The notes under the pieces: generated by a model
What the model was told of the DNA's origin: nothing
Database searches by the model: none
Seen by the model: only the letters and a program-made list of their open reading frames with translations
Assembly (NCBI GenBank): GCA_964534375.1
Contig: CAZHPN010000131.1
Coordinates: 1 to 17,795, forward strand
DNA: 17,795 bases
Direction: 5' to 3'
Source: an uncultured bacterium
GTDB taxonomy: Bacteria; Lernaellota; Lernaellaia; Lernaellales; Lernaellaceae
Position numbers and translations under genes: made by a program
Shown here: in pieces, positions 1-7,914 of the stretch
Layout of the letters: each line of letters starts with the position of its first letter
Numbering within the stretch: the stretch's first letter is position 1

Positions 1-54
1 AGATGCGGACATCTTTAACTGCTTATACTGCGGACATCTTGAGTGTCTGTTACA
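1..54. mobile_element. Probable end of an insertion sequence (TGT...ACA type, IS481/IS1202-ISNCY-like); body lies outside the window
   Basis: 12-bp direct repeat TGCGGACATCTT at 4-15 and 29-40 (25-bp period), ending in ...TGTTACA at 48-54. Repeated GGACA-containing sites ending in ACA resemble the ends of these IS families. Confidence 0.55.
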
Positions 55-70
55 CTTCCCCCTTCTTCCA

Positions 71-100
71 TTGACAGACCCGGAACCGCGCCCGTATTCT
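71..100 (+). promoter_or_regulatory. Sigma70-type promoter of the first operon
   Basis: TTGACA (71-76), 18-bp spacer, TATTCT (95-100), upstream of ATG 124. Confidence 0.55.
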
Positions 101-123
101 TGCGCCACCATTTCGGGGGTTCG

Positions 124-1779
124 ATGCCAGAGGCGGCGCAGCGGGGGCAGGTGAAGAAGGCGCGGATGTGGCCGGCGGCGATTTGGTTGCCGCTCGCCGC
201 CGTCGCCACGCTGGTGGTTTACAAAGACCTGCCGCACACGCCGTTTTTTCTCGACGACTACCTGCACCTGCACCTGATCTCGAAGTTCAAGCAGCCCTTC
301 GAGCCGTTCTACACCGACATTTTCATGGGCGCGTTTTTCCGGCCGGCGATCACGATTTTCTGGACGCTGGATCACGCGTGGCACGGCCTGAACGCCTCGG
401 GGTACTACGTCTCGAACATCGGCTACCTGCTGCTGTCGCTCGCCGCGCTGTACGCAGTGATGCACAATCTGACGGGCTCGCACGTGCTGTCCGGCCTGAC
501 GACGCTGCTGTTCACCCTGAGCCCCGTGACGGGCGTGGGCGTCGAGTGGCTCTCCAACCGTTTCGACTTGATTGGCACATTGTTCTTTCTGGTGTCCACG
601 CTGCTGTTTTTGCGGTACGCCCGTTTTCGCCGGGCGGCGGATTGGGGCTTGTCGCTGTTTTTCGCGATCGTCGCCTTTTTCTGCAAGGAAATTACGATCG
701 TCCTGCCGGTGACCCTGCCGCTGTGCGCCGCGTTTATGTTCCTCTACCGCGCGCCGCAGCGTTTCGACGCCGAACTGGTGCGCCGGCTGTTTTCGTTTAC
801 GACGCCGTATTTCACGGCGGCGGCGGCGTTCATCATCTGGCGTTATTTGGTGATCAACAGCTTCGGCGGCTACGTCGGCGAGACCAAAGAGCCGCTGACG
901 CTGGTTTACTTCCTCTTCTTGTGGCGCAGCCTGGGCGAATATTTTTGGCTGGCGCGTTCGTTCTTCATTGTCGCCCCGCTGGCGCTCGTCAGCATCCTGT
1001 TGCTGGCGAAGCCGAATTTCTACGGCCGCAACAAACTGTTCCTGTTCGGGTTGGCGTTCGCCGTGATCACCGCGTCCCCGCTGGCGATGATTCTCAAGTT
1101 CCGCGCCGTCATGAGCTACATGACGCCCCGTTTCTTCTTCCTGCCGAACATCGGGGCCCTGATCGCGCTGGCGGCGTTATACGACCCGCGCGGCGGCCGG
1201 GCGCGGCGCGTGGTCGCCGCCGTTCTGATCGCCGCCGTCGCCGTGTTCATGGGCTTGAACAACTACATTCTCGTCCACAAGTGGAGCCGCGACAAAACCC
1301 GGATGGCGGCAAAGATGGACGCCATGGTCGCCGCGTTTGAAGTCGGCTTGCCGCAGCAGGCCGCGTCGCCGTCGGCGATCGTCTATTCGTGCCTGCCCGG
1401 CCTCGACGTCGCGCTCGACTCCGCGGTCAAACTGCGGCATCCCGATTTCGAGAGCCGGTTCTTCTTTTTGCACTGCCAGGGGCCGACGCAGACCGTCGCG
1501 GCCAAATCGCTCTATCTCCAAAATCGGCGGCTGCTCAATTTCCCGGCTTCGTTCGCGCGCAATCCTTGCGAATACGACGATCTGATCTACGGCGTGGTCG
1601 ATACGGAGCCGAAAGCGGTGCTCGACCAACTGCGCGCCGGCGTTCCCGAAATGGTCATGGACCTCGATCGCGAGGGCAACATTATCTTGCTCGATCGCGC
1701 CCAACTGGCGAAAATGATCAAGACGCGTTTCGGCATCGACATCGACGAGACCCCGCCCGAAGCGGCCCGTCACGGCTAG
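124..1779 (+). CDS. Polytopic membrane protein, GT-C/PMT-like glycosyltransferase family
   Basis: Many hydrophobic helices. Motifs FFLDDYLHL (acidic DD in first loop), FFRP, W-L-S-N-R-F-D, AFFCKE and RFFFLP fit GT-C-fold membrane proteins. Start moved from GTG 43 (inside the IS end, upstream of the promoter) to ATG 124; 151 or 166 are also possible. Confidence 0.7.
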   Translation: MPEAAQRGQVKKARMWPAAIWLPLAAVATLVVYKDLPHTPFFLDDYLHLHLISKFKQPFEPFYTDIFMGAFFRPAITIFWTLDHAWHGLNASGYYVSNIGYLLLSLAALYAVMHNLTGSHVLSGLTTLLFTLSPVTGVGVEWLSNRFDLIGTLFFLVSTLLFLRYARFRRAADWGLSLFFAIVAFFCKEITIVLPVTLPLCAAFMFLYRAPQRFDAELVRRLFSFTTPYFTAAAAFIIWRYLVINSFGGYVGETKEPLTLVYFLFLWRSLGEYFWLARSFFIVAPLALVSILLLAKPNFYGRNKLFLFGLAFAVITASPLAMILKFRAVMSYMTPRFFFLPNIGALIALAALYDPRGGRARRVVAAVLIAAVAVFMGLNNYILVHKWSRDKTRMAAKMDAMVAAFEVGLPQQAASPSAIVYSCLPGLDVALDSAVKLRHPDFESRFFFLHCQGPTQTVAAKSLYLQNRRLLNFPASFARNPCEYDDLIYGVVDTEPKAVLDQLRAGVPEMVMDLDREGNIILLDRAQLAKMIKTRFGIDIDETPPEAARHG

Positions 1780-1810
1780 CCGGGGCCGGGGGGCAAGGCA
1801 GGCAACCAGG

Positions 1811-3655
1811 ATGCACCCGATGAGACGATTTTCGACGAACCGACCCCCGCGCGGCGGCCTGCTTGCGCCAGGTCTGCTGCTGATCGCGTTGCTGGCGGCG
1901 CTGGCGGCGGCGTCGGGCTGCGAAAAAACGAAGAAAAGCTCGTTCCCCAACGTCTTGCTGATCAGCGTCGACACGTTGCGCGCCGACCGCCTCGGCTGCT
2001 ACGGCGGCGCCGCCGGCATCACCGGCATGATGGACTTTTGGGCCCAGCGCGGCGTGCGCTTCGCCAACGCCTGGTCCGCCGCGCCGTGGACGCTGCCCAG
2101 CCACGCCTCGGCGATGACCGGTCTGTATCCGACCGAGCACCGCGCCATCGACGACAAGATCAACATCGACAAGTCCGCGCCGATGTTGGCCGAGCGCCTG
2201 CACGCCGCCGGTTTCGTCACCGCCGCCTACGTCAGCCACTATTACCTCGGCGAGGAATACGGCTTCGGCCGCGGCTTCGACGACTTCTACATCACGCCGG
2301 GCGCCAAAGCGGACGAAATGGTCGCCAAGGCGTCGCGCTGGGTCCAGCGGCGCAAGCCGGGCAAGCCGTTCTTCCTGTTCCTGCACCTGTTCGATGCGCA
2401 TTCGCCCTATCAGCCGCCGGTGGACATCGCCAAGAAGCACTACCCGGCCGATGTCGATTTTCTCGTCGCGGGCACGACCAAGGACATCATGTCGGTCGTC
2501 AACGAATGGCCGAGCGACACGGCGAAGAAAAAGCTGCGGGCGTTGCGGTCGTTGTACGAGGGGTCGATCGAATTCGTCGACAAGCAGCTTGAGGTGCTGT
2601 TCAAGTCGTTGCAGGACGAAAAACTCGACCAGAATACGCTGATCATCCTGATGTCCGATCACGGCGAAGAGTTCATGGAGCACGGCCTGATGGAGCACGG
2701 TTTCTCGCTCTATCAGGAACAGCTCCGCGTGCCGTTCATCTGGTATTACCCGCCGGGTTTGCCCAGCGGCAACGTCGTCGAAACGCCGGCGAGCCTGATC
2801 GACCTGATGCCGACGTTGCTCGATTTCCTCCATCTGCCGCCGGTCGAGAAGATCTCCGGCAAATCGCTGAAGCCGTTGCTGCTCGACCCGGCCGCCGCCT
2901 ATCCGCCGCGCCTGCTGCTGGCGGAAACCCGCCGCCAGGGACCGGATCGCGTCGCGGCCATCAAGGATTTCAAGAAATACGTTTATTCGCCGCCGTTTCG
3001 GCTCAACGGCCGCCTGTTCGAAGAGAAATTCTTCAACCTGCGCGACGACCCGGGCGAACTGAAGAACCTCTTCGGCTCGAACAGCGTCGAAGCGCAGAAA
3101 CTGGCCGGCGAAATGTTCGAGTCGGGTTTGTATGTGCTGCGGCGCGTCTGGCATTTGCAATGGGGCGCCGCGAAAGGCGACGCCAGCCTCAAGGGTGAAG
3201 TGCGGACCGACGGCAAAATCGTCTATCTGTACAAAGAGAACACCATTTACGACACCGACGACGCCGGTCTGCTGGTTTCGACGGAATTCCCGTGGAATAA
3301 GACCGACGAGAAGAAGATCACTTTCGTCAACATCGACCCGACCGTCAACGGCTTCTCGTTCAGCCCCGAACCCGAGACGGCGCCGATCACCGTGCAGTTG
3401 TACTTCAACGGCAAAGAAGACGCCTCGCGCATCTGGCTCGGCGGCCCGAAGAACAAGGCGTCCGCCGGCCACTTCACGCTCGATCGTCCGGTGGCGTTGG
3501 AACCGGGGGCCCAGCCGCCGCCGGGCGGCGTGCTGATCTGGTGCGACGGCGTTTGGGTCAACGCCAAGCAAGTGCTGCGTGCGCAGGTCGGCGATCCGAT
3601 CAAGCTGGCGCCGCAGGTTGTCGAGCGGCTGCGAAGTCTGGGATACTTGCAGTAG
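1811..3655 (+). CDS. Sulfatase-like (alkaline phosphatase superfamily) lipoprotein
   Basis: PNVLLISVDTLRADRLGCYG, WTLPSHASAMTGLYP, FLHLFDAHSPY, SDHGEEFMEHG and C-terminal ERLRSLGYL. Hydrophobic leader ends in a lipobox-like AASGC. Start may be 1820. Confidence 0.88.
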   Translation: MHPMRRFSTNRPPRGGLLAPGLLLIALLAALAAASGCEKTKKSSFPNVLLISVDTLRADRLGCYGGAAGITGMMDFWAQRGVRFANAWSAAPWTLPSHASAMTGLYPTEHRAIDDKINIDKSAPMLAERLHAAGFVTAAYVSHYYLGEEYGFGRGFDDFYITPGAKADEMVAKASRWVQRRKPGKPFFLFLHLFDAHSPYQPPVDIAKKHYPADVDFLVAGTTKDIMSVVNEWPSDTAKKKLRALRSLYEGSIEFVDKQLEVLFKSLQDEKLDQNTLIILMSDHGEEFMEHGLMEHGFSLYQEQLRVPFIWYYPPGLPSGNVVETPASLIDLMPTLLDFLHLPPVEKISGKSLKPLLLDPAAAYPPRLLLAETRRQGPDRVAAIKDFKKYVYSPPFRLNGRLFEEKFFNLRDDPGELKNLFGSNSVEAQKLAGEMFESGLYVLRRVWHLQWGAAKGDASLKGEVRTDGKIVYLYKENTIYDTDDAGLLVSTEFPWNKTDEKKITFVNIDPTVNGFSFSPEPETAPITVQLYFNGKEDASRIWLGGPKNKASAGHFTLDRPVALEPGAQPPPGGVLIWCDGVWVNAKQVLRAQVGDPIKLAPQVVERLRSLGYLQ

Positions 3656-3709
3656 GCCGACGCCGGGGGATGCCGGCGAAACGCTGCTGTTCGCACGTCT
3701 GGACGAGAC

Positions 3710-5740
3710 ATGACGGAGCCAAATCAGCGGGCGGACCTTGCCCCAAGAGTTGAACGTGGAGGGCCGCGCCGCCTTTTCTATTTTCTCGCCGCGCTGGCCG
3801 CACTGGTCTATACGTTTCGCTTTTTCGTCTACGCATACTACGATCGCGACCACCTCAATAACGGCTTTCCCGCCGCCGCGTTGGTCGATCGGTTTCCCGC
3901 ACCGATGTCGCAGTTTCAATTTGGGCAAAGTCACGGGCTGTTCGTCTATGGGGCGCTGTTGACGCCGGTCTACTATTGGGCCGGCTCGCGATTGCTTTGG
4001 ATCAAGTTCGTCGGCGTATTGTTCGCCGCCGCGGGGTTGTTCTTTTGGACGCTCAATATCCGCCGCGCCTTCGGCCGCACGGCCGCCGTCTTTTTTCTTC
4101 TGTTCTGCATCGTCCCGCCGCCGTCTTTCGAATGGAGCATTCACTGTGCGTTTTGGGGAAACCACCTGGAGAGCATTTTCTTCTCCGGGCTGCTGTTTTA
4201 TCTCTTTTTGCGCCTGCGCGACTTTCCGGGTTTCGTGAGCAATTCCTTGTTTTGGCTATTGGCGGGCTTCGCCGCATTTTTTTGCAAGCAGAACCTTTCG
4301 TTGGCGGCGGCGCTGGCGATCGGGTTTGTCTGGCGTTGGAAATGGCGCGGCGTCGTCCGGCTGCTGCTCCCCGGCGCGGTTTTTTTCGGCGCGGCGTATC
4401 TCTGTTTGCTGCCGGGGCTGCGGCTGCAAGAAGTCAACGTCACGGATCTTCACGCGATGGGCGGAAGTTTGGCGCGCCTTTTCGTCAACCGGTTGCCACG
4501 GCTGGCGCAGTACGACGTCTTTCGCGCGCCGCCGCTTGGGCGGATGTTCGGCGGCTGGCGGGATTTTCGAGCGTTCGGTTGTCCGGTAGGGTCGCTGCTC
4601 AATTATCCGCTGCTGTCGTTCCTGTTTCTCGCGGCTGCCGCGGCGGGCATCGCTGCGATTTTTCCGGTCGCGTTGTCAGCCGGCGACCGCGAATGGTTGG
4701 AGTTTGCGTTCTTGCTGCTTTTTCAACTGCTGTTCTGGTGCGTGGGCTATATGGTCTTCACGGCGGGGGTGGAGGCCGCCGGGGACGGGTCGACCGATTT
4801 CTTTGGCGTGCGTTACTTCTTGCCGATTTTCCCGATTTTGCTGGCCTTCGTTTGTGTCCGGCTGTCGTCCTGGCCGCGCCTGGCGCAGTGGGCGATCGCG
4901 GCCCCGCTGTTGTTCGCGGGGGCGCTTCACGCCGTGACGTATTTTCCGGTCGACCAGGTCCGTTTCGGCGAGCAGTGGCGCGAATTGGCGAACCGTCGCG
5001 GCGACGATTATGTCGAGATGATCGGACCGCACTTGGATTGGCCCGGCGATTGGGCGGCGGCGACGGAGATCGTCGCGAAATTGCCGCTCGCGTGGCGCGA
5101 TTTCGGCTGGGTGGCCTTCGGCCGACGCTATGGGTCGGAAGAGCACAGCGACGAGATTTTCGCCGACCCTTCGCTGTCGCATGCGCAAAAGGCTCTGATC
5201 GCAACGGGGTGGGGCGAATGGCTGGGCGTGGCCGAGTCCGCCGCTTCGGCCGCGGGCTCGTCCGACTGGCTCGTCTTTGCGCGCCGGGCGTCGCCGACGG
5301 CAAACCGGTTGGACGCGGCGTTGGCGGCGCGTTTCGCCGAGGGGCTGGGGGTCGGCGAAACCGAGCGACTCGTCCAGGGGGAGCGCCGGACGCTGGATCG
5401 CATCACGCGACCGAGCCGGCAACCGGCCGCCGAGGACTGCGAACCATCGGCGGCGCTGCGTGTTCTGCGGGAATTGACGCCACAATTAGGCGCGACCGAG
5501 TTTTTCACCGCGTTTTTCAAGGGCGCCGGCTTCGGTCTTTGGCGATTCGGGCTCGGACTCTGCGAATACAGCCTTTGGAACGCTTCGGGGGCGGCGGCCT
5601 GGACGAGCGAATCCACGAACCGATACGCCCATTATTGGTCGTGCGGCTTCGGAATCGAAGATACGCCGGTCGCGCTGAGATCCTTTTGGGCCGGCTATGC
5701 CGAGGGCCGCGCGGAATTCATCCGCCGCAATTATCGTTGA
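3710..5740 (+). CDS. Polytopic membrane protein, distantly GT-C/ArnT-like, with a soluble C-terminal domain
   Basis: About 10-12 hydrophobic segments, WGNHLES, FFCKQ and RYFLPIFP motifs. Co-oriented with the two upstream genes. GAG-rich sequence just upstream of ATG 3710. Confidence 0.65.
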   Translation: MTEPNQRADLAPRVERGGPRRLFYFLAALAALVYTFRFFVYAYYDRDHLNNGFPAAALVDRFPAPMSQFQFGQSHGLFVYGALLTPVYYWAGSRLLWIKFVGVLFAAAGLFFWTLNIRRAFGRTAAVFFLLFCIVPPPSFEWSIHCAFWGNHLESIFFSGLLFYLFLRLRDFPGFVSNSLFWLLAGFAAFFCKQNLSLAAALAIGFVWRWKWRGVVRLLLPGAVFFGAAYLCLLPGLRLQEVNVTDLHAMGGSLARLFVNRLPRLAQYDVFRAPPLGRMFGGWRDFRAFGCPVGSLLNYPLLSFLFLAAAAAGIAAIFPVALSAGDREWLEFAFLLLFQLLFWCVGYMVFTAGVEAAGDGSTDFFGVRYFLPIFPILLAFVCVRLSSWPRLAQWAIAAPLLFAGALHAVTYFPVDQVRFGEQWRELANRRGDDYVEMIGPHLDWPGDWAAATEIVAKLPLAWRDFGWVAFGRRYGSEEHSDEIFADPSLSHAQKALIATGWGEWLGVAESAASAAGSSDWLVFARRASPTANRLDAALAARFAEGLGVGETERLVQGERRTLDRITRPSRQPAAEDCEPSAALRVLRELTPQLGATEFFTAFFKGAGFGLWRFGLGLCEYSLWNASGAAAWTSESTNRYAHYWSCGFGIEDTPVALRSFWAGYAEGRAEFIRRNYR

Positions 5741-5762
5741 CCCAGGCCCGCGACCACGGCCG

Positions 5763-5784
5763 GGGACGCCCGCGCGGGCGTCCC
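5763..5784. terminator. GC-rich palindrome between convergent genes (possible bidirectional terminator or stabiliser)
   Basis: Perfect 22-bp palindrome GGGACGCCCGCGCGGGCGTCCC between stops at 5740 (+) and 5804 (-); no U-tract. Confidence 0.4.
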
Positions 5785-5803
5785 GAACCGTGCGCGTTGC
5801 GAA

Positions 5804-6820
5804 CTACTTCATGGCCGTGGCGACGGGGCTCGGACCGGCGTGGTCGAGCGCCGCGCGCAGGCCCTTCGCCAGATTCTCGGCGGACCCTACGCCCCAGAAG
5901 TCGACGTAGAGCATCCGCGGCTTGTCGTCGGTCATGTGTTGATCGATCGACGCGATTTCGATGTTCGATCCGCGGAGGGCTTGCAGCACGAGGCGCAACG
6001 CCGAACGCGGCACGGCGAAACCGCCGCTTACCACGGCGCGTTCATCCGAGCCGATGAACGCCGCCCAATCGCCGACGCCCATATCGGCGCCGATCGGCTT
6101 GCCGGCGACGTCGACCTGGCGGGCGCTGACGAATTTATAGACGCCCTCGTTCAGCGCGCCTCTTTCGCGCAGAATCGTTTGCAGCTTCGCGATATCCAGC
6201 CTGGTTCGGGCCGGATCGATCGCGGCCCGTTCCAACGGTTCGCGATGCGCGGCTTTGATCTCGCCGAACACCTTGCCGATCGCGGCCGCCATCGCGAATT
6301 GGTCGCCGGCCCCCTCGATCCGCAACGTCATGATTCGCGGCGAGTCGCCGAGCAAGGCGTTGTGGAGCGAGACCACGTCCAAACCGTTGTCGAGCGCGAC
6401 GGTCAGCACGGGGTTGACCTCATTCTCCGCCAACGTGAACGCGGCCGTGGCGAGCGTGCTGCGGCCCAACGAGCGGAACGCGGCCCACGACTCCAGCCCC
6501 ATCGCCGGCGTGACGCGCACGCCCTCGGCGAAGACGCGCAGATCGCCCCGCGGTTCCGACACGCGGAACGTTTGCTCGTTGATGTCGTATTTTCCTTTGA
6601 CGCCCGTCAGATTTTCGATCTTGGCGGTGTCGAGCGCCCGGTTGTCGCTCGCTTTGGCCGCCGGATGCGCCGGGGCGCCGGCCGCCGGCGCGCTCACGGT
6701 CGAGAGCACGCCGTGCTCCAAGGCCGGCCATTCGCCCGATTCCGCCGCCGTGTAGGCCGCCGCGACCAACAACCCGGCTACCGCGAACGCCAGGATGACG
6801 AGTTGTGTATCCCGTTTCAT
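5804..6820 (-). CDS. Secreted tandem DUF1259 (LppY/LpqO-like) domain protein
   Basis: Signal peptide MKRDTQLVILAFAVAGLLVAAA with an AGGAG RBS upstream of ATG 6820. Two repeats of the pattern ...SWAAF...EVNPV...GLDVVSLHN / DWAAF...NIEIASIDQHM...FWGVG. The longer ORF start at 7264 runs through repeat DNA. Confidence 0.82.
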   Translation of the reverse strand: MKRDTQLVILAFAVAGLLVAAAYTAAESGEWPALEHGVLSTVSAPAAGAPAHPAAKASDNRALDTAKIENLTGVKGKYDINEQTFRVSEPRGDLRVFAEGVRVTPAMGLESWAAFRSLGRSTLATAAFTLAENEVNPVLTVALDNGLDVVSLHNALLGDSPRIMTLRIEGAGDQFAMAAAIGKVFGEIKAAHREPLERAAIDPARTRLDIAKLQTILRERGALNEGVYKFVSARQVDVAGKPIGADMGVGDWAAFIGSDERAVVSGGFAVPRSALRLVLQALRGSNIEIASIDQHMTDDKPRMLYVDFWGVGSAENLAKGLRAALDHAGPSPVATAMK

Positions 6821-6884
6821 GGCATTTCTCCTTTCCTCATGTCCCCGCCGGCGTTGCGGTAAGCGCCTGCGGATTTCCGGCGAA

Positions 6885-6912
6885 AAACTAAGTTCGCCGC
6901 CAGGGCTGTCAA
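6885..6912 (-). promoter_or_regulatory. Possible sigma70 promoter for the DUF1259 gene
   Basis: Minus strand TTGACA (6912-6907), 16 bp, TAGTTT (6890-6885). Confidence 0.35.
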
Positions 6913-6952
6913 GACCGCTGAGCCAAGGAAGGCTCCTGAGCCTCTTCGAGAG

Positions 6953-7197
6953 TTTCGGGGACACAATACTTAACGAATGAATGGCGCTAGATTGTGGCGT
7001 GCACGGAGCGATGGCGCGAATCGCAAAAGTCGCGGTTGACGCCGAACCACAGGCGCCCCATCGCCGTTCCGGCCGACCGCCGGGCGACGACGCCGTTCTC
7101 GATCGCGAGGAAGAACGTTGAAACGACCCGTCCCCGCGACCACGGAAACGATGACCGGAACCGCGCGCGAGAGGGGTTAAGTATTGTTTCCCCGGAA
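6953..7197 (+). mobile_element. MITE-like element, family A copy 1 (internally deleted RAYT derivative)
   Basis: 22-bp TIRs TTTCGGGGACACAATACTTAAC (6953-6974) / GTTAAGTATTGTTTCCCCGGAA (7176-7197). Highly similar to 7596-7841 and 10941-11190. Confidence 0.88.
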
Positions 7198-7203
7198 TTT
7201 GTT

Positions 7204-7282
7204 GGGACTGGGGGCTGGGGACTGGGGACCGGGGTTCGGAAAAGGCCAGCCGACCACTGCTCACTGTTCGCTGTTCACGGTC
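7204..7282 (+). repeat. Two short heptamer tandem arrays
   Basis: GGGACTG-like x5 (7204-7238) and CACTGTT-like x4 (7255-7282). Confidence 0.75.
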
Positions 7283-7336
7283 TTGCCGTTGGCGTCTTAT
7301 TTACCCCGTATTTTTCCAATTCGCCCGCGTCTTGCC

Positions 7337-7545
7337 GGGAGCGCAGGCGTCCCCACCTGCATGGCTTCATGGGCGCCGGAGGACAGGCGCGCTCCCAGCC
7401 CGCGCCGCAGGCGCGGCAATTCCAACATTGTAAGAGCGCCCCCCGCCTCCGCCCCCGCCTTCGCGGGGGCAGGCTCTGCGCGGGGCAGGCTCTTCGCGGG
7501 GGCAGGCTTTTCCAGGCGCGATTTCCTCCGCGCCGCAGGCGCGGC
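7337..7545. repeat. Cluster of REP-like palindromes
   Basis: GGGAGCGC (7337-7344) ... GCGCTCCC (7389-7396). Palindromic CCGCGCCGCAGGCGCGGC twice (7400-7417, 7528-7545). (TTC)GCGGGG(G)CAGGCT three times in about 7460-7510. Confidence 0.65.
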
Positions 7546-7595
7546 CCTGGGACCGCCGCCGTCCCGGCGGCCCTTTTGTCATCCATCCAGGAGAG

Positions 7596-7841
7596 TTCCG
7601 GGGACGCAATACTTAACTAACGAATCGCGCTAGATTGCGGCTTGCACGGAGCTGTGGCGCGAATTGCAAAAGTCGCGGTTGACGCCGAACCACAGGCGCC
7701 TCATCGCCGTTCCGGCCGACCGCCGGGCGACGACGCCGTTCTCGATCGCGAGGAAGAACGTTGAAACGACCCGACCCCGCGACCGCGGAAACGAGGGCCG
7801 GAACCGCGAGGCGAGAGGGGTTAAGTATTGTGTCCCCGGAA
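7596..7841 (+). mobile_element. MITE-like element, family A copy 2
   Basis: TIRs TTCCGGGGACGCAATACTTAAC (7596-7617) / GTTAAGTATTGTGTCCCCGGAA (7820-7841), 1 mismatch in 22. Confidence 0.9.
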
Positions 7842-7854
7842 TTCGAAAGTATTA

Positions 7855-7886
7855 TTGACGCCTCTATTCGTATTATTTATTATAAT
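7855..7886 (+). promoter_or_regulatory. Sigma70 promoter of the SIR2-TPR gene
   Basis: TTGACG (7855-7860), 17 bp, TATTAT (7878-7883) overlapping TATAAT (7881-7886), in an AT-rich patch just after the MITE end. Confidence 0.7.
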
Positions 7887-7914
7887 TTACGAATTTCACC
7901 AAATGGGGGCGCCG

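Noticed and set aside
1718..4165. 815-aa minus-strand ORF and other long overlapping ORFs (168-1340, 3976-6057, 5840-6862, 12811-14835, 13194-14852, 15608-16951, 15702-17066)
   Set aside because: Shadow frames of high-GC genes; Arg/Ala/Gly-rich or motif-free, and they overlap genes with clear family motifs.
6994..7633. ORFs of 208 and 149 aa across the repeat mosaic
   Set aside because: They read through MITE and short-repeat DNA and show no recognisable domain.
7828..7914. Apparent N-terminal transmembrane segment on the SIR2 protein
   Set aside because: It is a translation of the MITE TIR and the AT-rich promoter; the real start is downstream at 7903 or 7915.
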